From Octopus sinensis (lineage: Eukaryota), in the NCBI RefSeq assembly GCF_006345805.1, contig NC_043014.1, forward strand, positions 40,548,001 to 40,612,000: a stretch of DNA of 64,000 nucleotides, read 5' to 3'. Under the pieces are notes generated by a model, which did no database searches, was not told where the DNA came from, and saw nothing but the letters and a program-made list of their open reading frames with translations. Numbering within the stretch: the first letter of the stretch is position 1; each line of letters starts with the position of its first letter. Below are positions 1 to 14,069 of the stretch, one piece after another. Made by a program: the position numbers and the translations under genes.

Positions 1-635
1 AATTTTAAACTTCGTATACTCGTATAATGTGTTTATAAAACATCTTTTTCTCTTGGCTTTCTTGAGAAAATTCTATAGTTTGTAACATATTTGTTGTTTA
101 ATAGGATCTTTTCACTTTGACTGGCAGATATTTAAAATAATTTCTATGTACCTAAAAAATGTTAAACTTCGTATACTGGTAGAATGTGTTTATAAAACAG
201 CTTTTCTCTTGGCTTTCTTGAGAAAATTCTATAGTTTGTAACATATTTGTTGTTTAATAGGATCTTTTCACTTTGACTGGCAGATTTTAAAAATAATTTC
301 TATGTACCTAAAAAGTTTTTAAGTTCGTATACTGGTAGAATGTGTTTATAAAACATCTTTTTCTCTTGGCTTTCTTGAGAAAATTCTATAGTTTGTAACA
401 TATTTGATGTTTAATAGGATCTTTTCACTTTGACTGGCAGATTTTTAAAATAATTTCTGTGTACCTAAAAAATTTTAAAGTCCGTATACTGGTAGAATGT
501 GTTTATAAAAATCTTTTTCTCTTGGCTTTCTTGAGAAAATGTTTTATAAACACATTCTACCAGTATACGAAGTTTAAAATGTTTTAGTTACATGGAAATT
601 ATTTTAAAAATCTGCCCTTCAAACCGAAAAGTTCC
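1..635. repeat. ~156-bp tandem array derived from one end of the Merlin-like MITE, closed by an inverted end
   Basis: GGATCTTTTCACTTTGACTGGCAG recurs at 104, 260 and 417. The inverted end at 541-635 finishes CTGCCCTTCAAACCGAAAAGTTCC. Confidence 0.8.
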
Positions 636-1844
636 AAACTTCCTTCCCGTTCCAGTTGCCCATTACTCCCTAATAATTCAGATTGAATATTAGTGCCATT
701 AATCATATTTGTCTATATCCTAGCGTCAATGTTGCTGAAAATAGTCATGGACACGACCTACCCCGATAAAAAAGTTGTCTGCATAAATCGCAAATTAATA
801 ACCGAAAGTTAGATAAGAGTTATTTCCCGTTGGAATTATTTTGGAGTTACCTTCCTTTAACAAATTTGCTATCAGATTATGCAGGGATAAATTAAGGTAA
901 CACTGCTAGAAATGATAGCAAAAATCTCCATCAATTTAATCTCTACCACCTTGGGGGAAAAAAATAAAAGGAGACATATTAGCATAACCTTATATAATCC
1001 GCTTGAATGGTCACGAGTGGACTGCTTTTGATCACCGGTCTTTTCAGATATGTACAACCAAATGAATTCTTTCCATAAGTCACTTACCATATCATCAATA
1101 ACTTACATCTCTGAACATTTCACATACTAAAGTTTTGACATAAGGTAGCTAATTTGGTAGAATCCCATAAAATTATCCACCACCTTTTCAACAACAAATT
1201 TGGCTACTCTTTTGAATTCAGTACCTCTACCACCTATGGACATCCTTATAATATCAAAAGATAGTACAGCACCCATGACTTTCAGAAATACTTTTCTATG
1301 CTCAGAATCATGAAAGCATGGAATAAACTACCTGTGTCAGTTGTTAACTGTCAGGATATTAAACCCTCCAAAAATTTCATGCTTCCTGAAATTTGCCAAC
1401 ACTATTTCTGATGTGCCTAAGCATCCTCTCATCTTTTTGGCACTTTTGCTGTTTCTCTTCTGGTCTTTTCACGTTTTATTCTATATATATTTCTTTACTG
1501 CCCAGAAGGGGCTAAACATAGAGGGGACAAACAAGGACAGACGAAGGGATTGAGTCGATTATATCGCCCCCCCCCCCGTGCGAATCTGGTACTTTATCGA
1601 CCTCGAAAGGATGAAAGGCAAAGTTGACCTCGGTGCAATTTGAACTCAGAACGTAACGACAGATGAAATACCGCTTAGCATTTCGCCCGGTGCACTAACG
1701 TGTCTGCCAGCTCGCCGCCTTGTTTTATTCTATATAATATGCATGCACTTTTGACTACAGTTGCTAGCTTTCTTTACTTATTACTGCTTTCTGTTCCCTC
1801 ATTCTTTGCTTTCCAATGATTTAATGCACCTGATTGTATATAGT

Positions 1845-2158
1845 AGGAGCACTCCGTCAGTTACGACGATGAGGGTCCCAGCTGATCCAATCAATGGAAC
1901 AGCTTGCTCATGAAATTTACCTGCAAGTGGGTGAGCACTCCACAGGCATTTGTACTCTTAACATAGTTCGTAAGGAGATTCGGCGTGACACACAGTGTAA
2001 CAATACTGGCCCGTTTTTGAAATACAGGTACTACTTATTTTTGCCAGCTGAGTGGACTGGAGCAACGTGTAATAATCTGTCTTGCTCAAGGACACAATGC
2101 ATCGCCAGGAATTGAACTCACAACCTTACGATTATGAGCCGAATGCCCTAACCACTAA
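1845..2158 (-). mobile_element. tRNA/CORE-headed SINE family E (relatives at 12668-12915 and 39795-40035)
   Basis: Minus strand reads TAGTGGTTAGGG...GAGTTCAATTCC...GTGTCCTTGAGCAAGAC. Confidence 0.7.
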
Positions 2159-2891
2159 TAATCTAATTATTAGTTATAATCATTGAAATGGCAAACTAGC
2201 AAAATCATTAGCAAGCCAAACAAAATGCTTAGTGGCTTTTTGTCCAAGGTTGACTATTGTCTTTCATCCTTTCAGGATCAATTGAATAAGCACAAGTAAT
2301 TGAATTACTGCGGTAATGATTCTGCCAGCTCCCCACCTTTGATGGTAATAATAATAATGGACTCTCCCATCAAAGACAATGTATGAGTGTCTGAACAACC
2401 TGCACAAATGATTTTGTTTGTAGTGATCAAATGTGTGTGCTGTACATTAGCTCACTCTCTCCACCAAATCGATGTTGTCTGAACAGGTGTGCAGTGTATC
2501 ACACATCAGGTGACAAAGTGGTTGCAGAGCAAAGTGAGATGAAGTGTTTTGATCAAGAACACAATGCACCACCCAGTCTAGGATTAGAAATCACAATTGC
2601 ATGAGTGCAACACCCCAACTACTAGGCCAAGCACCTGATAATAATAACAATAATAATAATAATTATTATTATTATTATTTCTACCCTAAGCACAAGGCCT
2701 TGAAAATTTTGAGGGGAAGGGGGCTAGTCAATTATATTAACCCCAGTGCGTAACTGGTACTTATTTCATCAACCCCAAAAGGATGAAAGGCAAAATGAAC
2801 CTCAACGGAATTTGAACTCAGAATATAGCAGCAGACGAAATTCAGCTAAGCATTTCGCCCCACATGCTAATGATTCTGCTAGCTCACTGCC

Positions 2892-2934
<43 letters not shown>

Positions 2935-3217
2935 TAAATTTTGACACAAGACCAGCAACTTTGGGACAGTGCTCAACTAGTACTTAATTTAATGACCCTG
3001 AAAGGATGAAAGGCAAAGTCAACCTTGATGAACTAATAATAATAATAATAATAATAATAATCTTTTCTACTCTAGGTACAGGACCTGAAATTTTGGGGGT
3101 AGGACCAGTCAATTAGATTGACTCCAATATGCAACTGGTACTTAATTTATCGACCCCAAAAGGATGAAAGGCAAAGTCAACCTTGGCATTATAATAATAA
3201 TAATAATAATAATAAAA

Positions 3218-3665
3218 ATATTCTGCCCAATACCACAGATTTGCTCGTCAGTTGTTTGACCGTAACCAGTTGAGCATGTCCCTTAATGGTTGACGATATG
3301 TGCATCTCTGATCATGAGCAGAAGTAGTGGAGGAGCATCATTGCCATGTGTTGAGAGGGATTTTTTGGGGTTTGAATAATTCACCTCTGGAAACATAGGT
3401 GTTTCGTTCAACATCCTTAAACAACCCTTATTCAGGGACCTTTTGAGGGGGATGGGTTACTCGACCAGAAGAAAATTCTAACTGGGCCCCACCTGCAAGG
3501 TCATGCGCTGTTTATCTTGATATGAGATCACCATGTCGTGCACATATGGTTGTGATGCATGTGCCTAGTGTACCCTTATCAGATGGGTAGTCATGATGGG
3601 TATACTGGGCTTCGTATATTCTACTCCAGTGTCACTTTGATGGCATGCACTGCTCTCTCACTCAA
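3218..3665 (-). mobile_element. Interspersed repeat with (TTA)n tail (second copy at 59197-59606)
   Basis: Near-identical ~300-bp sequence at both loci, each next to an (AAT)n tract. Confidence 0.75.
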
Positions 3666-3890
3666 TGATAATAATAATGATAATAATAATGATAATAATG
3701 ATGATGATCACAATAATAATAATTACTTAAATCTTCTGATAAATACTTTTGGTAATTTCCCATGTCAGAAATGCTGAAATGAGAAAATAAAGTTTCACAA
3801 CAATTAAAAACAATCAGTAACATTTTAATAAAATGTATAATTTACAAAAAAATTTAAATTGATATAAAAAAATCTTCCTAGTGTTACCTT

Positions 3891-4132
3891 CTACGAGATA
3901 TTTATTTTCAATGAATTATCTCTGAAAGTTTTATTTGGTGTGAAATTTTTGTAAAGTGTGTTTGTAGCTAATTTCAAAGGTTGAACAACTAGTTGATTGT
4001 TCACACAATGAAGAATATCAAAAGATTTTAGTAAAGCAATTGCTCCTCTGGCATCAAACTCTATTTTGGTTCCAGTTACAGAGAAAAGCCATTTTTCAAT
4101 TTCTTGCTCCAGCGTTTTATTGGATTTCCCAT
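3891..4132 (-). CDS. TMEM143: TMEM143 last coding exon: DGKSNKTLEQEIEKWL...IEFDARGAIALL...INIS*
   Basis: Acceptor ttctttcag|AT (phase 1) and TAG at 3893-3891. The 'ExWL...xxFD..xAxxxL' motif fits the TMEM143 C-terminus. Joined CDS 123+179+160+195+601+242 = 1500 nt (499 aa plus stop). Confidence 0.88.
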
Positions 4133-4213
4133 CTGAAAGAATCACAAGGTGAAAAATAGTTTTTTTTTTAATAATATATATATATATATATATATATTAA
4201 GACAGAATTCATA

Positions 4214-4404
4214 CACTACTACTACTACTGCTGCTGCTGCTACTACTACAATTACTGCTGCGGCTGAAGCTACTACCACCACCACCACTGCTACTACTAA
4301 TGCTGCTGAAGCTACCACCACCATCACTACTACTACTACTACTACTGCTGCTGCAGCTACTATTACTACTACAACTACCACCACCACTACTACTGCTGCT
4401 GCTG

Positions 4405-4444
<40 letters not shown>

Positions 4445-4462
4445 AACAACATCATCATCATC
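4214..4462. repeat. (ACT/GCT/ACC)n trinucleotide microsatellite
   Basis: Directly visible; explains the poly-T/A/V/L ORFs. Confidence 0.95.
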
Positions 4463-5188
4463 TACTTTTCCATGTTCACAGGGGTTGAACAGAATTTATT
4501 TGAGATAGATTTTCTACAGCTAGATGCCCTTCATGTCACCAATCCTTATCTGTTTCCAAGGAAAGTAATTATTTCCCCCATGACCAAATATGTATTTTTC
4601 AGAATATTAGAAATGAACGAAACTGCTAATATGACAGTGGCACTCAATTACAGCTATCATGTGATGTCAAGACAAGGAAATACACACAGACACACACACA
4701 TGACAGGTTTCTTTCAGTTTCCATCTACCAGATCCACTCACAAGGTGCCATGTAGTAAGACTGAACCTGAAACCACGTGGTTGAGAAGCAACCACGTGGT
4801 TTCAAGTCACTGTTCAAATATAAGAACAAATTGTTCTCTTCAGATAGAGGAAGGCTGATTAAGTATTTGTAGCTGATGACATTACACATCATTAGCACAT
4901 TTTTTATGATCTAATGATGTTATTCACAGCTCAATATGTTCTTGCACATGTCAGCTAGGAGAATAATTTTCTCTTGAGACTACTTCTGCAGTGAAAGGTC
5001 TCCCCATGTCCAAGTATATTCAAACATGTTAAATATAACTTTACACAAATAAATGTTATCCAACACTGCTTCATACAACTTTAGCCACTTAATTCAAACT
5101 TGACTTTTAAAATAATCAGTATGTGTTTATGCTGCTTCACTTTATTCCCCATAATTTGATAGTTCAACAAACAGAGATTGATGAAATA

Positions 5189-5710
5189 CCATAAATCCTC
5201 GAGTATAATCCGCATTTTTTTCCCAAAATTTAATGGTCAAAATCCCTAGTGCATACTATATACGAGGTTAAAACTGAAAATTATTTTCTAAGCAATGTCT
5301 GAGTCTCTATTTGCTGTCTGGCAATGTTTATTCAGATGCATTTTGTGATGTCAGGCGCGAAAATACCTTAAGCTAAGCCTAAAAGCAATGAAGTCATAAA
5401 AGAATCATCCATAACTTGCAGTAAGCAACATTTATTAAAATAAAAGTATTCAGAACACAGAATAACATGTAACAAAAACAATTTGCAAATATATTTACAT
5501 TCCCATATAACAGTTAAGAACATCACAATTATTGTATTACACATGTGCGGAAGTGTTTGTTCGACTAGGTGCTGCTGGCTTAATTACGCACGACTCAAGT
5601 TACAGAAGGGGTGCGTATTATACACAAGGTTTAGGTTTTTCAGAAGTACAGCTCCCTAAAAATCCCCTGCGTATTATACTGAAGGGCGGACTATACTCGA
5701 AGATTTACGG
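5189..5710. mobile_element. Tc1/mariner-superfamily (Tc2/pogo-like) MITE
   Basis: TIR CCATAAATCCTCGAGTATAATCCGC / GCGGACTATACTCGAAGATTTACGG with TA on both sides. Confidence 0.75.
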
Positions 5711-5845
5711 TAGATATGAGACTCAAAAAGAAAACTAAGCTCGACATGTTCAATAAAAAAGCCTTGAAGGCAAGTGCTCCAGCATGACCACAGCTTAACA
5801 ACTCAATCCAGTAAAAAGAGCAAAGAGAAAAACAAATATTCTTAC

Positions 5846-6446
5846 CCAATTCCAAATTTGATGTTTCTTTTCTCTGTTTAGCATGGAGAAATGTGTAGAT
5901 CAGCATTGCTTCCTTGAAACTCTCGTCTTCAGCTCTGTCAACCAGAAGCGTCAGCAGACTGCGATTATTGGCCAAGTTCTTATAATAGAGCATTTGCGAC
6001 AATTTGACCAGATAAGAATTTTTCCTGTTCTTGTACACCGTCCATATTCTTATGGCTATCAAACACAATATCAAAGCAGTCACAAACGACCACTGAAAGT
6101 TCAACTCCACTAACGTGGTGAGGGTTTTGGCAACCACACCAGTGATAGCAATACTGATCGAAGCAGTGATAATGCCTTTATCTAAATGATTCAACTTGAT
6201 TCTGCAGTCAGGAAGCAGCATTTCAAGAGCATCTGTTGGCATATCTTTAAAGCCTTTTAATACAAGTTTGGTTTCTCCTTTCCGACGTAACGCCACAATC
6301 AATCTCCTGTAGTAGTCGGGATGCGGAATGGAAGACTTAGGAAATATTTCCCACATTCTGTTGTACCAATTCTTTTTCGGTACCACGGTGTTTAGGCCAA
6401 GCGCCCAAAAATGTAATATTTCATACTTACGAGGATCGACTTGAAT
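5846..6446 (-). CDS. TMEM143: TMEM143 coding exon 5 (DUF3754-like region with two TM segments): IQVDPRKYEILHFWALG...LVLKGFKDMP...YYKNLANNRSLLTLLVDRAEDESFKEAMLIY
   Basis: Acceptor ttcttctgttatag|ATT and donor TTGG|gtaag; 601 nt, phase 0 to 1. HFWALG, LKxFKDxP and ANNxxxL...RAEDExxKEAxLxY motifs are characteristic of TMEM143. Confidence 0.95.
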
Positions 6447-8122
6447 CTATAACAGAAGAAAAAGAAATGAAAAAAAACTGTATGTGACTTTAAAATAAAA
6501 TGTCAATATTGCTATGAAGCTACAAATGTCACGTTTATAGAAATTCAGGAATAAAACAAGCCAATGAAGGAGATTTTATGTGGCTGCTTGACATGGTAGA
6601 AAATGCAGTCAAGGCGGCGAGCTGGCAGAAACATTAGCACGCCAGGCGAAATGCTAAGTAGTATTTCGTCAGCTGTTATGTTCTGAGTTCAAATTCCGCC
6701 GAGGTCGACTTTGGCTTTCATCCTTTCGGGGTCGATAAATTAAGCACCAGTTACGCACTGGAGTTGATGTAATCGACTTAATCCCTTTGTCTGTCTTTGT
6801 TTGACCCCTCTATGTTTAGCCCCTTGTGGGCAATAAAAAAATAAAATGCTTAGCGGTATTTCGTCTGCTGCTATGTTCTGAGTTTAAATTCCGCCGAGGT
6901 CAACTTTGCCTTTCATCCTTTCGGGGGTCGATAAATTAAGTACCAGTTACGCACTGGAGTTGAGTAATCGACTTAATCCCTTTGTCTGTCCTTGTTTGTC
7001 CCCTTGTGAGCAATAAAGAAATAAGAAAATGCAGTCAAATTTCCTCAAATTACAGCCTACCTTCTTAGAAAAAGAAGGACACATCGGACTCTGCAGTTCA
7101 CTGCCTGAAAAAATTAGGTGGACATGGCTGGAATGCTTTTAATCATAGGTCTATTCAGAGATGACCTGGGCTAAATAATAACAACAACAATCAACAAACA
7201 TAAAATCAAGAATTATTTCTGTGCAGCAATTTAATATCAGAGCAAAAAAATGTAATTATACAATAACTAGAAATATGAAGTAAAATCTTAATTGGATAAA
7301 CAATGTTTTATCTTTTTGTACTTCCATATATGGAAAACACTTAAGTATGGACAGCAATGAAATGAAACATTTACTCCTCCTCCTCCTTCACCCTCCTCTT
7401 CTTCCTCCTCTTCCTACCCCATACCCCTCCTCTTCTGCCTCATTTTCTTCTTCCTCCTCTTTTTCTTCCTCCTCCCCCTCTTCTTCCTTCTCCTCCACAT
7501 CATTGTTTTAACATCAATTTTTTCCCCATGCTTCCATGGTTTGGGTAGAGTTTGTTGAGGCAAATTTTCTTGGGCCTGATGCCCTTCTTGTTGCCAACCC
7601 TCACATGTTTTGAAATGAGGTAATATTTCACCATGGACAGATATGTTTTCATGGCAGATTGGAAACAGTGCTTCTTCAATGATGCTAGTTGAGAAGTTGG
7701 CGCTGTGGTTTTTTTTAGGATTAACTGAAACAAGCTCTTTACAAAGGTAATTTCATTACTTGGCAGCTGCAAGTATTTTCTATATCATAAACCATTGGAT
7801 TTCACTAATATTGTTGATATATATTCAATTACAATTACTCAGTAAATAAAAATAGATTTTAAAATTCTGCTGCAGCTACACTGCCCTTGCTGCAATTATG
7901 AAATTGTGAAAAGTAGGCTTACTCTTTTTTTTTTTTACTCTTTTACTTGTTTCAGTCATTTGACTGTGGCCATGCTGGAGCACCACCTTTAGTTGAGCAA
8001 ATCAACTCCAGGACTTATTCTATAGGTCTCTTTTGCCGAACCACTAAGTTACGGGGACGTAAACACACCAGCATTGGTTGTCAAGCAATATTGGGGGGAC
8101 AAACACAGACACACAAACATAT

Positions 8123-8176
<54 letters not shown>

Positions 8177-8659
8177 GATGGGCTTCTTTCAGTTTCTGTC
8201 TACCAAATCCACTCACAAGGCTTTGGTCGACCCAAGGCTATAGTAGAAGACACTTGCTCAAGGAGCCACGCAGTGGGACTGAATCTGGAACCATGTGGTT
8301 GGTAAGCAAGCTACTTACCACACAGCCACTCCTATACTTCTCAACTCAATGAACAAGAATTTTTTTTTGTCACACGTGAATGTCTAGAACCTTCACTGGT
8401 GTCAAGCCAATTTTAGTCCTAGAAATTATCTCCCCGTATCTATGGCAGGAGCATCAAGAAGACAAATATAATATTGTATTTAAATTTGGAGAAGTGCAAT
8501 AAGCCGAAGAACAAGGAACAGGGCAGCAGAAAAAAACCTCAGACTACCAACTACTGAAAAGTTGATTAAACCAGTGGAGGAAACAGGAGGAAGAATTCTT
8601 TAAAAAATGAATAAACAGAAGTATAGTTGCTGTACAGTACCAGCAAAAACGGCCATTCT

Positions 8660-9080
8660 ACTCTTTACTCTTTTACTCTTTTACTTGTTTCAGTCATTTG
8701 ACTGCGGCCATGCTGGAGCACCACCTTTAGTCGAGCAAATCGACCCCGGGACTTATTCTTTGTAAGCCCAGTACTTATTCTATCGGTCTCTTTTGCCAAA
8801 TCGCTAAGTTACGGGGACATAAACACACCAGCATCGGTTGTCAAGCAATGCTAGGGGGACAAACACCGACACACAAACACATACACACACACATATATAT
8901 ATATATATACATATATACGACAGGCTTCTTTCAGTTTCCGTCTACCAAATCCACTCACAAGGCATTGGTCGGCCCGGGGCTATAGCAGAAGACACTTGCC
9001 CAAGATGCCACGCAGTGGGACTGAATCCGGAACCATGTGGTTGGTTAGCAAGCTACTTACCACACAGCCACTCCTGCGCC
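8660..9080 (-). mobile_element. SINE family B, tRNA-derived and CORE-like with an internal (TA/TG)n tract (other copies: 7935-8333, 9340-9543, 18070-18238, 30307-30705, 38335-39195, 41245-41640, 41816-42185, 44600-44922, 55933-56319, 56570-56935)
   Basis: A-box TGGCTGTGTGG, B-box-like GGTTCAGTCCC, CORE-like GCACCTTGGGCAAGTGTCTT and (AGTAAAAG)n tail. Confidence 0.85.
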
Positions 9081-11385
9081 TAAGAAGAAAACTTTAAACA
9101 ATGGATATTAGGTCAAAGAAACGAAATATGTGAAGATTATGAAGGGATCTTTTTGGAAGCCAAAAGGTTAGCAAACACAGTAGTCAATGATTTCAAAGTG
9201 ACTGCTTGTTGGTGTTTTCATTTCATGAAATGAAATGGCTTAAGTTTTTGAACAAGAACAAAGTTACTCAGAAAATGCCTGCAGATAAGGAAGAGAAAAG
9301 AGCAAATATTAGTTTTCTATGGATTTATTTTTAAGGACAGACACACAAACACATACACACACACACACATATATATATACAACAGGCTTCTTTCAGTTTC
9401 CGTCTACCAAATCCACTCACAAGGCATTGGTCAACCCAAGGCTATAGCAGAAGACACTTGCCCAACATGCCACACAGTGGGACTGAACCTGGAACCATGT
9501 GGTTGGTTAGCAAGCTACTTACCACACAGCCACTCCTACGCCTATGTATTTAATATATTTACTTCCCAACTGCATGGCCTATTTACAAATGTAAATGAAC
9601 ATCAACAAAACTGTATTTCAATTGATATTAATGTCACTTACGCAGTAAACTTTATCACTAATTAAGTTGCCATCAGGAAGGATGTAATTATATATGTCAG
9701 AACAGTAATGAAAAAGAAACATTAAATCATTGATAGAAATATAACCATCTATATATTTCTATACTACCCACAAGGGGCTAAACACGGAGGGGACAAACAA
9801 GGACAGACAAAGGGATTAAGTCGATTACAATGACCCAAGTGCATAACTGGTACTTAATTTATTGACCCCGAAAGGATGAAAGGCAAAGTCGACCTCGGCA
9901 GAATTTGAACTCAGAATGTAAAAACAAATGAAATACCTATTTCTTTACTACCCACAAGGGGCTAAACACAGAGAGGATAAACAAGGACAGACACACGGAT
10001 TAAGTTGATTATATCAACCCCAGTGCGCAACTGGTACTTAATTTTTCGACCCCGAAAGGATGAAAGGCAAAGTCGACCTTGGCAGAATTTGAACTCAGAA
10101 CATAACAGCAGACGAAATATCTATTTCTTTACTACCCACAAGGGGCTAAACACAGAGAGGATAAACAAGGACAGACACACGGATTAAGTCGATTACATCG
10201 ACCCCAGTGCATAACTGGTGCTTAATTTATCGACCCTGAAAGGATGAAAGGCAAAGTCGACCTCGGCAGAATTTGAACTCAGAACATAGCGGCAGACGAA
10301 ATACGGCTAAGCATTTCACTCGGCGTGCTAACGTTTATGCCAACTCACCGCCCCTTCTTGTTTCTGTCACTTCTAACAGCACAAACACATGCTTCCTAGT
10401 AAAATGATACTACTCTTCATTTTTCTATTAACCTTCTGCAAACTGGCATCATCTGTATGTGACATGCCAGGCTTATACAGCTTGCACAAACAGAGATCTT
10501 GACAGTATTTATGATTTGGGACATAACAACCTCCCCTCCTTTAACATCAACAACATAATTGCTACTTGTAGTAACGAGACATCATTAGCATCGTTTTAGA
10601 TGGGTAAGGTGGAAGTTACTGAGGTGGATTTTCTACAGCTGGATGCTCTTTCTGTTGCCAACCCTTATCAGTTTCCGAGCAAGTTTTGTAGAATATTGGA
10701 AATTTTGGAATATTTGGAATATTTCGGAAATTTTGAAATATTTGGAAATTTTGGAAATATTGGAATATTTTGTAGAATATTGGAAATGATGTTCATTTAC
10801 AACAGTTACATAATGTCAAGACAAAAAGCCACAAATATACTTATACACACACACACACATACACACACACATTAATGACCTGCAGTATTTTGTTAAGCAA
10901 CCATAATATACTATAAAGTATATTAAACCTTTTATAAGTCATACCATGTTCTACTGTGTTAACAGTGGGCTTTACATCACATATTAAGGTTATTTCTACA
11001 GATATCAGAGCTGGCTATAATTTCTATAGAATATCTGTAGAGATAACCTTAACAAGCGATATATATATATATATATATATCACGTGATCATTTGACCGAC
11101 CAGACCATCAGATGTTGCAACACATCGCTGGTCACAATCGTTTCACATTGTTTTAGCCTTCAAAGATGCCACCCCGCTGGCTAAGCGAGCAGGCCAACAG
11201 AAGAAAGAGTGAAAGTTGTGGTGAAAGAGTACAGCAGGGATCACTCCCCCCTCCCCTGCTGGAGCCTCGTGGAGCTTTTAGGTGTTTTTGCTCAATAAAC
11301 ACTCACAACGCCCGGTCTGGGAATCGAAACAGCAATCCTATGATCTCGATTCCACTGCCCTAACCACTGGGCCATTGCACCTCCA

Positions 11386-11614
11386 TATATATGAACATAT
11401 GTATATATACATATATATATATAAATATAAATGTGTATATATATATATATATATGTATACATATACATACATACATATACATATAAATGGGTATATATAT
11501 ATGTATACATATACATACATATACATACATACATATACATACATACATATACATACATACATATACATACATACATATACATACATATACATACATACAT
11601 ATACATACATACAT

Positions 11615-11645
<31 letters not shown>

Positions 11646-11673
11646 AACACACACACACACACACACACACACA
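11386..11673. repeat. (TA/TACA/CA)n compound microsatellite
   Basis: Directly visible. Confidence 0.95.
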
Positions 11674-13090
11674 TGTGATGAACTTTGTTAAGTGTCTGTC
11701 AACCAATTCTACTCATAAAGCATTAGTTGCATTGGGACTGTAGCAGAAATGTAGAAAGCAGTTACCCATAATAACCACACAGCCATGCCTGCATCCATGC
11801 AGTTTTATAAATTTCACCTACACATAAACGACACACAAATAAAACCTTCAAGTTGGCAACAAATACTCACATAATACAAGATTGGAGAAAGCTACATCTC
11901 AAAGATGAAGTTTTCTTTCCCAGATTTAGAAACGTTTCAACTCTGATCGATTTGTGATCCCCCATAAATATTTCTTTACTACCCACAAGGGGCTAAACAC
12001 AGAGAGGACAAACAAGGACAGACAAACGGATTAAATCGATTACATCGACCCCAGTGCGTAACTGGTACTTAATTTATCGACCCCGAAAGGATGAAAGGCA
12101 AAGTCGACCCCGGCGGAATTTGAACCCAGAACGTAACGGCAGACGAAATACGGCTACGCATTTCACCTGGCGTGCTAACGTTTCTGCCAGCTCGCCCATA
12201 AAGTGCAAACCAACATTAAGTACTGCTCATATATCTGGCACAATGCTTTGGCTTACGCCGCCTCTTCCACACACACATTGACACAAAGATCCAAGATCAC
12301 GTCTTTAAATCCACACAGCTAATTGACAAAGACTTGCTCACCAACATGCGACAGCCCCTGGCTTACTGACGCGCAGCTGCTTCTCTTTAGCTCTTCTATT
12401 GCTATGAGAACATCCTCTGTCCTGCTGAATAAACTGTCTCATCTTCTAGATTTATAATTCTTTCATTGCAAGTGTTTTTCCTGCAGGCATCAACCAAGAA
12501 AAATTCAAAATGAGCATCACAGACATCAATCTCACCAATCAGGGAAGTCTTACGAAGGTCATGAACAGAAACACAAATCACTGTATTTATTCGTGTATAA
12601 TGTGCAGATTTTTAAATCTAAATATTAGGGATGTGTATTATACATAAGAAATAAAATAAAAATAAATGCGCCCTTTTAAAACCTAGCCAGGCTCATGGGC
12701 CCGGTTTCCTGGTTTCTGTGGCGAACGTGTTCCCCAGCTGGACAGGACGCCAGTCCATCGCAGCATTACTCATTTTTGTCAGCTGAGTGAACTGGAGCAA
12801 CGTGAAATGAAGTGTTTTGCTCAAGAACACAATGCGTCGCCTGGTCCACAAATCGAAACCACAATCTTATGATCAGGATGCTGACACCCTAACCACTAAG
12901 CCACGAGCCTCCACATTATACATGAGAACTAAATTTTTATTCATTCTTCTCCAGCACACATTTTTATAGATGGAGGAAGAAGCACGGAGAGTGTGATGGC
13001 TAGAATAAAAATAGGATGGAGGAAATTCTGAGAGCTGTTATGTTATAATTATTACACCCATTATTATAGGTGAACTATCACTATCTATGT

Positions 13091-13309
13091 CAGTGGTTTT
13101 CAACCAGGGTTCCGCGGAACCTTAGGGTTCCGCCAGTACAGTCCAGGGGTTCCGCAAGAAGTTACAAAACTGCTAAAATCGGCAGTAATTTTTAATTCTC
13201 CTGTGCAGATATGTGTGCATAAGACTATTAAATTATTGCACAGGGGTTCCTCAAGCCAGTGGAATGTTTCCTTGGGGTTCCGCTCCAGCAAAAAGTTTGA
13301 AAAGCACTG
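13091..13309. mobile_element. hAT (Charlie-like) MITE
   Basis: TIR CAGTGGTTTTCAA / TTGAAAAGCACTG. 8-bp TSD ATCTATGT at 13083-13090 and 13310-13317. Confidence 0.88.
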
Positions 13310-13438
13310 ATCTATGTTATAATGGAAAGTGCTTGATAATCTAGGTATTTAAACAAAGGTATCATATTGTTTACATTCTGCATTATGACTTATTTCTTTC
13401 CATACTAGTTGACTATTCACAACTGATTTTACACTACA

Positions 13439-13797
13439 CTAGCACTATGACCTGGCAACGCCGGGTCATAGTGCTAGTGCACACATATACAGCTGCGTGC
13501 GTGCGCACATACACGCGAGAACTGACCAAATCTCCGACCAATCACATACAGCTAGCTGGCATTCAATTGGCGTATCAAGTTTCGGGCATTTTGATTGGGT
13601 TTTGGATAGAAAATTCACAAAAAAGTCACTTCTATTGATTTTTTAATGGCTTTGCGGGGCGACTGCGGAAATGTAAAGATGTGCACGACCACCTTTGGGC
13701 AGTTTTGAATGACCATAGAAAGTGTGAGCTCTCTAAAAATTGTGGATTTGTATAAAGGACACACACACAGACATTTTGCCATTTATATATATAGAGA
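13439..13797 (-). mobile_element. Helitron-like non-autonomous element
   Basis: On the minus strand it starts TCTCTATATATATAAA and ends CTAG, with the terminal hairpin CTAGCACTATGACC..GGTCATAGTGCTAG. Confidence 0.6.
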
Positions 13798-14069
13798 TAT
13801 TTTTTACAGCCTACACCTAAAAATATCGAAATTCCTTATTGTTTTTAGGATAAAGTTTTATAATATAATTTTAATAAACCGAACTAAAACTTTCCTTTTT
13901 CTATACATTATAACACTAAAGAATTAACGTGTATAATACATGAGATTTTAATTCTGAGATTTTATGGGACATAATTAATGGTGCACATTATATACGAATA
14001 AATATAGATTACATACGAATAAATATGGTAATTGTAAAAACAAGTAAGCTCATATGAAATGAGCATAGG

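Larger units (their letters stand above)
12581..14007. mobile_element. Tc2-like MITE carrying nested SINE, hAT MITE and Helitron-like insertions
   Basis: TIR CTGTATTTATTCGTGTATAATGTGCA / TGCACATTATATACGAATAAATATAG. Confidence 0.6.

Noticed and set aside
4142-4508. Mucin-like poly-Thr/Ala ORF
   Set aside because: It is a trinucleotide microsatellite in TMEM143 intron 5.
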